Positions 53,050 through 64,000 of a DNA stretch of 64,000 nt are shown here, in pieces. Every line of letters starts with the position of its first letter. Positions within the stretch are counted from its first letter, which is position 1. The translations under genes and the position numbers were made by a program. Below the pieces are notes generated by a model. That model was not told where the DNA came from and made no database searches. It saw only the letters and a program-made list of their open reading frames with translations. The stretch is from the NCBI RefSeq assembly GCF_036321535.1, contig NC_087437.1, positions 63,800,001 to 63,864,000 of the forward strand, given 5' to 3'. Origin of the DNA: Camelus dromedarius (Eukaryota).

Positions 53050-54640
53050 CTGGAGTCCTCACCACTGTCTCTCTCTGGCTTCCTGTCCTGTGTCCCTACC
53101 AGGCTCTCACTGAAGATGAACTTCCTGCCTCACTGAGGACCCCTCAACCCTTGTCCCTCCCTGTCTCAGCTGACCTCCTGGGTACCCTTCCCAGCCTCTC
53201 AGAGCCAGCCCAGACCTTCTCCTTTCCAGGGTGTTCCCTCCACTGGCCTGGCCTCTACTCTGCCCCTTTGGGCCCCTCCCTCCATCACTACTGGCTGTCC
53301 TTCAGCCTCTCCTCCCACAGATGCTGAGCGAGGACCCAGGTTCTCCCAGGTACAAACCCATCCACAGTCTCTCCTGGGCCTGCCTCCATCTCTTAAGTTC
53401 TCTTTCCTCTCTGTCGCCACTAGCCCTCTGGACAGGGTAGTCCTCAGCTCACATGTCTCCCTCAACTCACCAACCCCTCCATGAAGAAAGCAGCCCTTGC
53501 TGCATAGGTCGGGGTCTCCTGGCTGCCACGTGGTCGAACCTCCCCAGCCGCTGGTCTCCTGCCCCTCGGCAACCCGGCCCTGCTGACCTCCTGACACCCC
53601 TTGTTCTGCTCTCTGGCTGCTCCCGCTCCATCGCCTGTCTTGGCCTCCGGTCCCTTCCTTCCTCCGTAAGCCCTGAAGTGTTCCCCAGGCTCCATGTTGG
53701 GCTCTCTTTTTCTGGCTGATCTTGTCCACCTCTGTGATTAGTTTAATTGTTCCCCATATCTGTCCTTTGGCCCAGATTTCTCCGAAGACCCACTCGCAGA
53801 TTTCCAGCTGTCTGTTATTCCCAGGCTGTTTGTCCCTGGGGCGCCTCAAGCCTGTCTTGTGCACTGCCTGGTTCATCCACCCCACCGTCCCCAGCAAGGC
53901 CAGCTTCTCTTCCACCTCTCTTCCCCATCTTGTTTTCTGGCATCCCTCTGTTGCTCAGTTAAAAACTGGGAGTCATTCTGGACAACTCCCTATCCTCACC
54001 CCCCACTTTCCACTGGTCATCTGGTGCTGATGGTTTTGCTCTGAAACTCCCTCTCCATTCCTCCACCTCCCACATCCCCTCCCATTCTGCCCTGGTTCGC
54101 CTTCATCATCTGTCATCTACCCATTGCAACAGCCTTTTAATTGGGCCCCCTGACTCGGCCAGCTCTTTCCTTCTTTGGCACACCTGCCACACAGCTGTAA
54201 TGCCACATTTCCATAACTCAGGACTGAGCACATTGCTTCCAGGCCATTCTGGCTCTGCATGTTGGCTTCCCCCCATCTGCCCTATATGCCTGCACAGCTG
54301 GCTCTCCAAGCTTTCTTGGAAGGCTTTCAGTCCCTCCAACTGCTTCCCACTCTGTTGCTACTCATCTGCATTCCAGAACCCAAGTCAAGCATCACCTCCT
54401 CCAGGAAGCCTTCCTGGGCTATGCCCCAACATGCGGGAATGGGCTCTTTCCTTCCTTCCTTGAGTCCCCTCTGTGATCACAATCACCCTGCTGTTGTGCC
54501 CTCCTGGTTTTATTTAGCTTTCTCTCCCTAGGCTGGGTGTGTCTCAAGATCCCAAATGGGCCTTATTTATTGCTGATTTCTCCAGCATTAGCAGAGTGCC
54601 TGGCCTGCCATTGCCTCAGTACATGTTTCTCTAATTAATG
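53050..54640 (+). mobile_element. Long, highly diverged L2 LINE 3' portion
   Basis: CT-rich body with ctgttgctcag..aaaactgggagtcattctggac, cattgcaacagccttttaattgg and tcacctcctccaggaagccttcc, ending in tctccagcattagcagagtgcctggc. Confidence 0.7.
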
Positions 54641-56201
54641 TTGTATGAAGATAAATTCTCTCTTGCATCTGCTAATAGGCCTTTTTAAGAGAGTTTACTG
54701 TGTCATTTGGTTTGAATGTCCCATGTTTGTGGCCGGGCTGGGCCGAGATGAGTATCTTCCTTAGCAAGAGGCAGGCTGTTTGATTTGCATATTTTTTTTA
54801 TTCTCACCTCATATTTTCCATGTGGTTTACCCACAGCCTCCTGCATGCTACTCACATCCTGAGCAATTAATACATATTTCCAGTTTGATAAGTTTGGCCA
54901 AATTGATTTGTCCCCCCGGCTAGGTTCTCCAAATCCATTTTCTGAGAATGTAGAAAAGGTCTCAGAATCCAGGCTCATTTGTAATAATGTAACATCACAT
55001 GGGCTGAAACATCACCAAGGACGTAAATGTATGGGGGAAAAATTATGTAATGCATTTCAAAGCCTGATTCCAGTGATTTTCAGATTATTCCTGGGATAGC
55101 TCACAACCCACAGGCACAAATAGCTAAATCTGTATATGCCTGTATGTGCATGTGTCGCTCCATCTAACTCTCTGTTGTAGATACATTTTAATTTTGTGGG
55201 TTCTGGTTCCATTGGCTTTAGGACACAGCCTTGAGCCTCGTTGATGTTTAATTAGTTTTTGTTGAATGAATGAAGGGAGGAAGGAATAAAAGAATGAACA
55301 GACTAGAGCTTGAGGGAGTATCTGTTTCTCTTGAAGACACAGTGATTGCTCATGGATCTTAATGCGTCCACAAGCAGTGCTGGGTGACACTTCTGGCTGC
55401 CTCCCTTCTCTCTTCTGGAGTGACCATTTTCTGCTGGCTCATGACCTCTGGTCACTTGTGTGGTGTTGAGAAGACCCAGCTGGGCTCCTTCTAGAAGTCA
55501 CAGGCGTGGGTGGCTGGCAGGCAGTGTGGGAAGGAAGTTTCCATAGCCCGGAAAGTAAAGGAAGCTGGTCAGGGATGTTTCTTGAAGGAACTTGAAACTG
55601 CCCAAGAGGAGTGGGGTGCCCCCTTGGTGGCAGACTTGGCCCAGGGCTCAGGAGTCCTGGGGGTTCAGAGGACGGTGACCTTTAATTTAGCATCAAAACC
55701 AGGATGCTTTTGGCAGTGAAAGGGAAGGGAGCCCTGTGAATAATTGCTCCAGAACAATCAGGCATAAACCAGGACCGTCCTGGGCAAATCAGAACAGAGG
55801 GTCTCCTGAAGCGAAGACAGTCCTGTCCTGGACGCTCTTTAGTTCCATCCAGAAGGCACCCTGGGGAGAGAGCTGGGGCATCATCGGCCATGTGCCCGTA
55901 AGTTGAGAGGCTGGGGTGGGAGCTAAGATCCTGTGGGCGTCCTTCTCTCTGGAACTCGTGGCCCTGACAAAACATTGGCAGGTCTCCCCTCCCACCCTGT
56001 GCACACCTCTGTCTCACCAGCTAGCTCTTTAGAAAGTGGAGGAGTCATGATTTCTGGCACTGACACTGCATGTCTGGCTGGGGTTGAGTGGGACTTATTT
56101 ATAAAAGGTTTTAATAAAATAAGCCTTTTGGCTCAATTGACATTCCCTCTCTCTCCTTTCTCCATTCCTCCCCCCAACCCCCTGCCTCTCTCTCTGTCTC
56201 T

Positions 56202-56204
<3 letters not shown>

Positions 56205-56266
<62 letters not shown>
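56205..56266 (+). repeat. (AC)31 microsatellite
   Basis: Direct reading. Confidence 0.92.
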
Positions 56267-56270
<4 letters not shown>

Positions 56271-58164
56271 ATTATAGCCCTGGTCGTGAGTGTGTGTATG
56301 TCTGCGATGGACATTTTTTGCCCCTAGAAGGATGTGCTCTCAAGTGGAGTGCAAGGCAGGTTCCAGGGTGACCTCTGCAGGAAGGGCGGCTGGCTTGGCT
56401 CCAGCGTCTTGCTTGCTTGTTTGTTTACTGGGGGTGTGGTGGGGTGCAGAGCGTAAGGAGAGGGGGCTGTGTTCACATTGTTCAGAGACATCTGCTGTTT
56501 GCAGTAACTTGCCAGCCAGGCAGAGCTGCTGGGTGGCTGGCTTTGCAGTGTTCCCTGTAAATATTATGACTTCGAGGACTAGGGAGGGGTCCCAGGGACT
56601 TAAAGGAGACTGAAGGGCTGGTCCTACACTTGGTGCTTGCATCCTTGAAGTCCTGAACTGAGGGTCACAGAAGGAGGGGTGGCTTCAAGAGCAGCAAGGG
56701 GACCGAGGTGGTGCTAGTGACTTCTGCGCTTTGCAAATTAGAAAAGTTGGGGCTTAGAAACTGTCCCAGAGCTGAGCATCAGAGTGGGAGGTTGGGAGAA
56801 AAGAGGTGCCCTCTGGCCTTGGGCGAGTTCCTGTGACTTTAATGGGGAGTGGGCAAAGAAGGAGCAATTTCTTGGGCAGTGAATTTAAATGGCCCCTGGA
56901 ACTTGGTTCTGGGGTCAAAGAAAGGGCAATGCACCTGGACAGTGGACAGACTTTGCAAGGACACACCTGGCTTCAAGTCCCAGCTCCAGCCTTTACCCAC
57001 TGTGTGCCCTGGGGGAAGGCTCTCAACATCTCTGAGCCCGCCGTCATGTGTCGGAAGGGTTCAGCTAATGGTGGTGCACATAAGAGCCGGTGTGGTCAAG
57101 GGCTCCGAAGGCCACCTAAGCCACCTCTGGGTCCATAGGTGGGCCACACTAGATCCCACCCAGGGGAAGAGGCAGCCTCCTGTGACGCAGTCATGCTCCG
57201 GGACCAGACTCCGTGACTCCATATTTTAGATTTCCCTTGGTTGGAAGGTTCATCCTCAAGTCCAAGCAAATTCCTTGATAATGTGTACTGTTGAGCCATC
57301 CTGCTCTGTTCTCAGAGGAGACAGCTGGTCCCATCTGCAGCTGTGGGCTGCAGGCTGTTTATTATTAAATCTCCCTCAGGGTATTTTCCTGGGACAGAGC
57401 CACCTCAGGCCCTCTGACCCGGGGTCATAAGGTCACGTGGTTAATAACATTTGGTGGGGCCTTACTGGGTTCAGAGCTGCAGGGAGTAAAGGACTGATGG
57501 ATTCCCTCCCTCTTACAGGGCAGGAAGGAGCAGTCACGAGGCCTGCCGGGAGGAAGGGTGTGTGCGTGCACGCACACAAGCGAGTGTGCGTGTCTGTGGA
57601 TGCATGTGCATGTGCACGGGTGCATGCGTGTGTGTGCCTGTATTTTCTCGCCCTTCTGGGTGGCCGCGTAGTGTAAACCTCCTTAGCTGACTTTCAGAGG
57701 GCCCTCTGCACAGTGTTGGGGGGGAGGGCTTGCCGTGCTGCTGTGGAGCCTAAAATTAGCCCCGTGGGCGGGCACTTTTCCATCTGGCTTTCCTCTCCCG
57801 GAGGAGCTCGTCCATCTCCGGAAGGTGGGAGCCTGGAGCTCAGCAGGGCAGCCCCGCCCCACCCCACCCCACCCAACCCTGGCATTGGGGCAGAGCTGTG
57901 AGCATCGAAAACTCCCCCGGAGACCAAGAGACTCTCTTCCCTCTAGGCCTTGACCAGTGGCTGGTAAGGCCCAGGAGAGCCAGCAGTGGGCCTGCGAGCT
58001 TGCCCGAGTGCCAGGGCGGCGCTGACCCACTTCACACCCCTGCAGCGGCGGTGGGGCAGCTGCTGGGCTGGGCTGCGGGGGTCAGAGGCCCCTGCCTTTC
58101 CTTCTTGTGACACACCGTGGCCATGCCTGCCTCTGCCTTGGCTTTGCTAAAACCCATTTCCCCC

Positions 58165-58735
58165 ATCCATTTCCAGACCCTTTTCCATACTAAACAAAAA
58201 CTATGTACCTATTAAACAGTAACTCCCCATTCCTCCCTCCGCCAGCCCCGGTAACCATTATTCTACTTTCTGTCTTTATGAATTCTGCTATTTTAGGTGC
58301 CTCATGTAAGTTGAATCATACAAGACTTGTCCTTTTGTGTCTGCCTTAGTTCACTTAGCGTAATATCCTCAAGGTTCATCCATGTTGCAGCGTGTATCAG
58401 AATTTCTTTCCTTTTTAAGGGTGAATAATATTGCATTATGCATATACTGTATTTTGTTTATCCATTCATCTATCCATGGGCATTTGCTTTGTCTCCACCT
58501 TTTGGCTTTTGTGAATAATGCTGCTGTGAACGTGGGTGTACAAACATCTGAGTCCCTGCTTTCAGTACTTTGGGGTTTATACTCAGAGGCTGAATTGCTG
58601 GATTAGATACTAATTCTATGTTTAATTTTTTGGGGAACCACATATGTTTTCCACAGTAGCTATGCTTTTTTACATTCCCACCAACCAAAAACACCAAGGG
58701 TTCCAGTTTCTCCACATCCTCACCAACACCCCATG
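58165..58735 (-). mobile_element. L1MB-type 3' fragment
   Basis: tattaaacagtaactccccattcctccc...attctactttctgtctttatgaat...aaggttcatccatgttgcagc...gtgaataatgctgctgtgaac...ttacattcccaccaac...tctccacatcctcaccaacac. Confidence 0.88.
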
Positions 58736-58789
58736 CTTTTTTAAAGGCTGAATTAAATGCAGTCTAGCTTGGGGACCAAGGGATAGATA

Positions 58790-59100
58790 TGATTTTAGAG
58801 GACTTTTCTGGCATGAAAAGGATGTTTGGTCCCCTGTTTGGGGAAGGATATCTGGAGTAAGAGTATCCTGTGCAGAGGGAATAGCCAGAGCAAAGGCCCT
58901 GGGGTCAATATGTGCCTGGTGGCCAGTTGGCTGGAGCAGAGGGAGCAAAGGGAAGGACCTTGGACACGTACTGACCAGTGAGGGAAAGAAAGAGTGCAGA
59001 CTGTAAGGGGCCAAAGACTGCCATCATTACTTGGTTCTTCCTTTTACTCTGAGTGGGATGAGAGCTGTTGCAGGATTTGAGCAAGAGGTGACATGATTCT
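58790..59100 (-). mobile_element. L2 fragment
   Basis: gcagagggaatagccagagcaaaggccctgggg...ttttactctgagtgggatgagagctgttgcaggatttgagc. Confidence 0.6.
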
Positions 59101-59973
59101 GGGGCCCACTGCTTTCCAGCCCTTTCTCAGGTGGTGGTAATGTTGGCAACAATGTTTGTTAGCACTGTTAGCACTTTGATATAGTAACTCATTTAATCCT
59201 CATGCCAACCTAGAGAGTGTCCCCATTTCACAAAGGAGGAGATGGAGGCATGGGTAGAGGTGAAGCACCAGGGGAGGGGGCACTATTCTGTTTGCATTTC
59301 TTGTTGGGGAGTGGTGGGATCTGCGGAGGGCCTGTGGTGGTGCCCTAGGCCTGGCATTGTGGTGTGTGCCCACCCTGATTGTGGGGAGGCAGGTCCCTAT
59401 GGGGCATTCTGACTCCAAGAGAGGAGGCCATCAATGCCTGTGTTTATAAAGAGGGAAGGCGGGGGCAGTTTGCCACCCCTGGTTTAGGTTGGTAAGTGAA
59501 CTGACAAAGCCCACCTAGGTCTCACCTCTTCTTTCCACATTCCCCTCTCTGGGACCCAGGATCACAATCCCCCAGATGCTGGCTGCTCAGAGCTCGGCTT
59601 TGCCTGACGTGACTGGAATCCAGCTGAGGGCAGAGGTAGGGTCATCGTTTTCCCACTCGCCTCTCCTCGGCTTGTTCCCCATTTACGTGGTTCCCTGTAA
59701 ATGTTTGTGGTTAATAACCATACTGAGACATTGGTAGTTGTAACTGGGATTTCTCTGGATTATGTTTTCCTGAGAGACCAAAATGTGCTCAGACCTGGAC
59801 TCACTGTTTCTGAGAAGACAGGTGAGGGGTGTTCCCTCATTACTTCTAATTAGGAAAGCAGTCCTAACTAGGAGAGTCTGGCCTCTTGCCGGGAGGGGAA
59901 ATTCAGACCCAGAGATGTCTGACTGTGTCCTTGGGGGTTAAAAGGACCTCAATTTGTGTTCTTACCCTGCATT

Positions 59974-60080
59974 TTTAAAAAACTGGTATTATTTTATTAT
60001 TTATTTATTTTTTAATTGAAGTACAGTCAGTTTACAATGTTGTGTCAATTTCTGGTGTGCAGCATAATGCTTCAGTCATA
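59974..60080 (-). mobile_element. Short L1 3' tail (lineage-specific type) with degenerate TSD
   Basis: ttttttaattgaagtacagtcagtttacaatgttgtgtcaatttctggtgtgcagcataat. Flanks are cttaccctgcatt and ctggccctgcgtt. Confidence 0.75.
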
Positions 60081-61849
60081 CTGGCCCTGCGTTGATATTT
60101 GATATTTCATCTGTGTATCCTTGGGATGAGCTAGTTTCTCCTTTCAGTCTCACTTTCCACTTCTGCAAAAATGAGGATCAGCTGTTCAAGCTGATGTAGA
60201 GACCTGCAGTGAGATACTTCCCAGGAAAGAGAAATACAATTTTGGAAACCCTTTTAGGCTGGAGTCTCTCTGCTGTTTGGACAAAGTCTGATAAGAAGCT
60301 GGCTGAGACCTGGGGGCGCCGGTTGGGCCTCTCAACTTTGCAGTTACCTACCTCTCGCTCTGAGCCCCCTGAGGCGACCTCACCCTCACCCGCTAGCCCT
60401 CCCCGCGCTCTGTGCTGTCACAGGAGCCTCTCCTGACAGCCGCCATTGTCTGCCTCACCCACTCTCTCCTCACACCTTCTCTCCCCCTTCCCATCGCCCC
60501 CACTTCCCCGCCCTCCCCCCAGGCAACAAATGTTGTCCTGGATTCTCTCAAAGTTCTTGCAAACCCGCCTGCTCTGTGAGCCTGAAGCCTCTCACCTCCT
60601 GCCCTGTATTGGTTCTTTTCTTACTCACTGGACTCCCTGTCCCCAGAATGAAGAGACTCAGTGCTATCTCAAAGAGACAGAGAGAACTGCCTCAGAAGTC
60701 CTCCAGGAGGGGGGCTGATGGGAGGTCTTGCCCCATGGAAGCCAAAGCATGCCCAGGCTTAGCCTCCTGGGGGTCATGAATCCCCCAGGCCAAACCCATC
60801 CAATATGGGCAAGAGCCATGTACACCTCTGTATCAACCCCACCCTCCAACTCCGGAACCTCTGCCAGCAAAAGACCAAGTGCTATGGTAAAGTGCCCCGA
60901 GTGGTCCTGTGTCCCTCGGCTGGAGATGGTGGAATCTGTGTGTGAGCAGGTGGGTGGGTGAAGCATGTGGGAAAGCAAATGTTTGCACCTGATGCTCTTT
61001 CCAGGGACCACAGGGCAATAACCAGTACCAGGAATTCTCTTTTGCTTGGAAAATTTCAGCCTGAGTTTCTGGAAACTGGGGAAGTGTACTCTGAAAATGA
61101 GTGTAGGACAAGGCATTGACAACACGGGTCTTTTTGCAGTCAGAGGACAGCCAAAGAGAAGGTGCCGCCTTAGAGCTTTAGAGAACTTTCTCTCTTTATA
61201 GTAACTGATGTCACTTTCATCTGAACGTCATTCCTCACCTCTCCTTTTTAATCTGCACACTAACCCTGGGCTATGATAGAGTGAAGTTGGTGCCGAGCAT
61301 CTCCATTTTACTTTTGGGGAAACAAAGGCACAGAGAGACACAATGGAAGACATTTAGTCAGTCAGCGCTGGGGCCTGAGCCCAAGGTTGCTTCGTTTGGC
61401 CAGGGGTCCTCCCCTGGCAGCCCTTGGCATCTCTGGCAGATGACCAGGATAAGAGCCTTCCATTTCAACATGGTAGTGGGGCTTCCCTAGGATAGGGTCA
61501 CGCTGCCGTCCTGCAAGAGCAACTGGACCTTCTGGAGCCTCCAAAGAATGAGGTCAGGGTGGTTGGAGCAGGAGGGTGTGGTATCCCTATCACCTTGGTC
61601 CTTTTCTCCCAGCTCCCACAGTGGTCTGGAGGACCACTGCTGATGTCTGCCTGCGGCCTCTGCTCTGGGGAACTGGGCTCCTGGTCAGGCTGTCATCTCA
61701 GGGTAGGAGGCTTTGTCCTTCTAGCAGGGACATGGGGCCACTAGGCCAGGGGAGGCTGCAGGATTCTTCAGGACGCTGGACAGAGGTAGCCCTAGTCAGT
61801 AGCAGTGCAGCAGTGGGGAGATGCGTTCTTCACATCATTCTCTCTCTAT

Positions 61850-62185
61850 GGGTGCTTGGGAAGGCTGTGCTCCTGAGCCTCCCTCACAGTTAATTTGGGG
61901 CCATATGACTGAGTTGTAGCCAGTGGAATATGGGCAAGAGCCATGTACACCTCAGTGTATACCACCTCCAGGCCTGGCCCATGAAAATACCCCATGCCTT
62001 CTCTTCTGCCTTTCCGCAGTGCCCTGACATGGACCTTCCACATAGGCCAGAGGGAGAGAGTAGAGCCACTTGGCCTGTATCACATTTTTTTCTGAGCCAG
62101 AGCTGAACTTGTATGGAGCTAAGCCCTGGAGTTGTCAGGGTGTATTCATTTCTGCAGCTTAGCCTAGCCTGTTCTGACTAACACA
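61850..62185 (+). mobile_element. MaLR LTR (MLT1J-like)
   Basis: gcctccctcacagttaatttggggccatatgactgagttgtagccagtggaat...ccaggcctggccc...ttctgcagcttagcctagcctgttctgactaacaca. Confidence 0.7.
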
Positions 62186-62489
62186 GCAGCACATTGGAGT
62201 CAAGGGGCCTGATGTAGCCCTGCTGTCCTGCTACTTGAAAGTGTGATCTTGGGCACTGAACCCATCTGAAAAGGTAGAGAGTCAAGCCCTCTTGGGGTCT
62301 CAAATTTGGTGAGTCTGTGAAGATCAGAGTTGAGTAAACACACTGGAGAAGGAAGGGTTTCTGGGCTTAGGGTGAAGAGGTGGGGCAGGTGTCTGCTATG
62401 CCCAGGCTGTTTCTCAGCTTTGTTCTCAAGTAGAGTTATGGATCTAGCTGTGGAGAATGTCCAGCTCATAACTGGTTTGATTTTCTTGC

Positions 62490-63100
62490 CCATTCATTCA
62501 TTCATCCACTCATTCATTCATGCAGTTTCCTGACCATTTATTATTTGTCAGGCACCATGCCAAGTGCTGATGTTTCACTGGTAAGCAGACAGGCCTTGCC
62601 CTCGTGGAGCTCTCAGTCTAGTAGGGAAGTTATACACTGATGAGAAATCCTACTGGTAACAATAAAATTCCAGCTGTACTCAACACAAAAGAGAGAGAGA
62701 CATAGGCCCATGTTGGCTATTGGAGGACATCATTTTGGGAGGTCAGAAAAGGCTTTTCAGAGGAATTAGATATTTGGCTGCAGTCTAAAGGAAGAGGTAG
62801 AGGGTAACTAGGTAAAGAGGTGTGGGAGTGGAGTTTTCTTGGGAAAGGGACCAGCATTTGCAAACGCCCTGTGGCAGCATGGAACAGGGATTGAAATCAA
62901 GGTAGTGATAGCAAGAGGTGATATGAGATGAGGCTGGAGATGCAGAGGGAGGCCGATAACACAAGCCCATGTAGCTGAGTTAAGGAGATTGGATTTTATT
63001 CCAAGAGACTTGGAAGTTATTGAAGTTTGAAGTGTGAGAGGATGTGTAGTTTACATGATCAAATTCATGTTTTGAAAGGATCATCTTGGCTGCTGTGTGG
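62490..63100 (-). mobile_element. L2 3' portion
   Basis: cattcattcattca...ttatttgtcaggcaccatgccaagtgctg...ttgccctcgtggagctctcagtctagt...gttaaggagattggattttattcc...ttttgaaaggatcatcttggctgctgtgtggag. Confidence 0.8.
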
Positions 63101-64000
63101 AGCATCAGTTCTTGTCTGCTCTGCCCTCAGCACCTGGAGGTGGACAGGTGTGTGTGTTTGCGTGGAGAAACACGTGTATGATTTTAGAAAAGCCACACTC
63201 CAAGGTTGCCTGCTTCTTGCCAGGGCACGTCTTTCCATTGGCCTGCCTCGGCACAGATAAAAAGGGCTCTATGCTTGAAACACCAGAGGATGAAACATCC
63301 CCAGGGGATGGCGGGAATTCACCAGATGCAAATCCTAATCCTGGGAAGAATGCTGGTGGAGAAAGGAACTATTGTCTAAAATTAAGCTTTGGGAATATTT
63401 CAGTGAAACTTCTTCTTCCTGCCTTTTTCTTGCTGAGGGCTTGGCGCTGGTTCCTTCCTCCTGCCTGCCCAGACTTCTCTCCTTCACCCTCTCTTTCTGG
63501 CCAGTTCATCCTCTGGTCTCACCCGGCCCCCTCTGCTCTGGGCGGCAGCTGGGGCTAACGGTGAGGGGTTCATTGTTATGTGTATTTTAGACCTCCCTGG
63601 GTGTGCACCTGGTGGGTGGACTGGCTGTCGGCCAGTGTGATTTCCACTGAGCAAGTTACATCCTGAGGCCTCAAGTAAAGGAAAGGCCTCCAGGAACAAG
63701 TGTCCCCTCCTCCTGATGAGACATTTTTCAAAAATATGTAGCCTGGGCAGGGAGGCCCCAGGTGGAAAGAACTTAACAGTCCTCAGAAGATATTCTCATT
63801 TCTCTTATGGAAGTGCCAGGTCCAGAGCCTGCCCCTGTACTCCTTAACTGTGACACCTCGGCTACACTCTTGGCATTTCCTTGCTCTTTAATCCTGTGGG
63901 CCCCCAGACCAAGGACCACCTTAGTCGCAGTCCTGCTGAGACAGACAGACCTGCCCAGCTGTCCTTGAGTCTTGCCCCACTGCAGCCCCTACCCCTTGCA

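Noticed and set aside
53199..53915. 238-aa minus-strand ORF
   Set aside because: Antisense reading of a decayed L2 element.
63785..63810. tattctcatttctc resembling the start of ADCY5 exon 2
   Set aside because: Does not translate to LVSNVLIFSCTN in any frame.

Overview
This window is mammalian genomic DNA, not prokaryotic. Three tRNA-derived SINE copies of the camelid Vic-1 type suggest a camelid (alpaca, llama or camel). It holds the 5' end of ADCY5 (adenylyl cyclase type 5) on the + strand: a CpG-island promoter and 5' UTR (~1.7-3.7 kb), the large first coding exon (ATG 3684 to donor CAG|GTAGGG at 4811/4812; 376 codons, cytosolic N-terminus plus TM1-TM5) and the first ~59 kb of intron 1. 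I did not find exon 2 (LVSNVLIF...). The intron carries ordinary repeats (L1, L2, MIR, MLT1 and MER74-like LTRs, hAT-Charlie MERs, SINEs, microsatellites). Nearly all other ORFs in the track are spurious. I found no novel multi-gene system. The best observations are: (1) an apparently disabled counterpart of the human alternative first exon of ADCY5 isoform 2 at ~30546-30636, with ATA instead of ATG and no GT donor; (2) two near-perfect palindromic RFX X-boxes in intron 1; (3) a 14-codon uORF, a candidate splice acceptor and an in-frame CUG just upstream of the main ATG; (4) a 777-nt almost pure pyrimidine tract ending in CAG|GTAAAC; (5) a 27-bp exact dispersed duplication; (6) a degenerate ~42-bp tandem array; and (7) several retroinsertions with visible target-site duplications. 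Comparisons with human proteins and repeat consensuses are from memory and need confirming by alignment.
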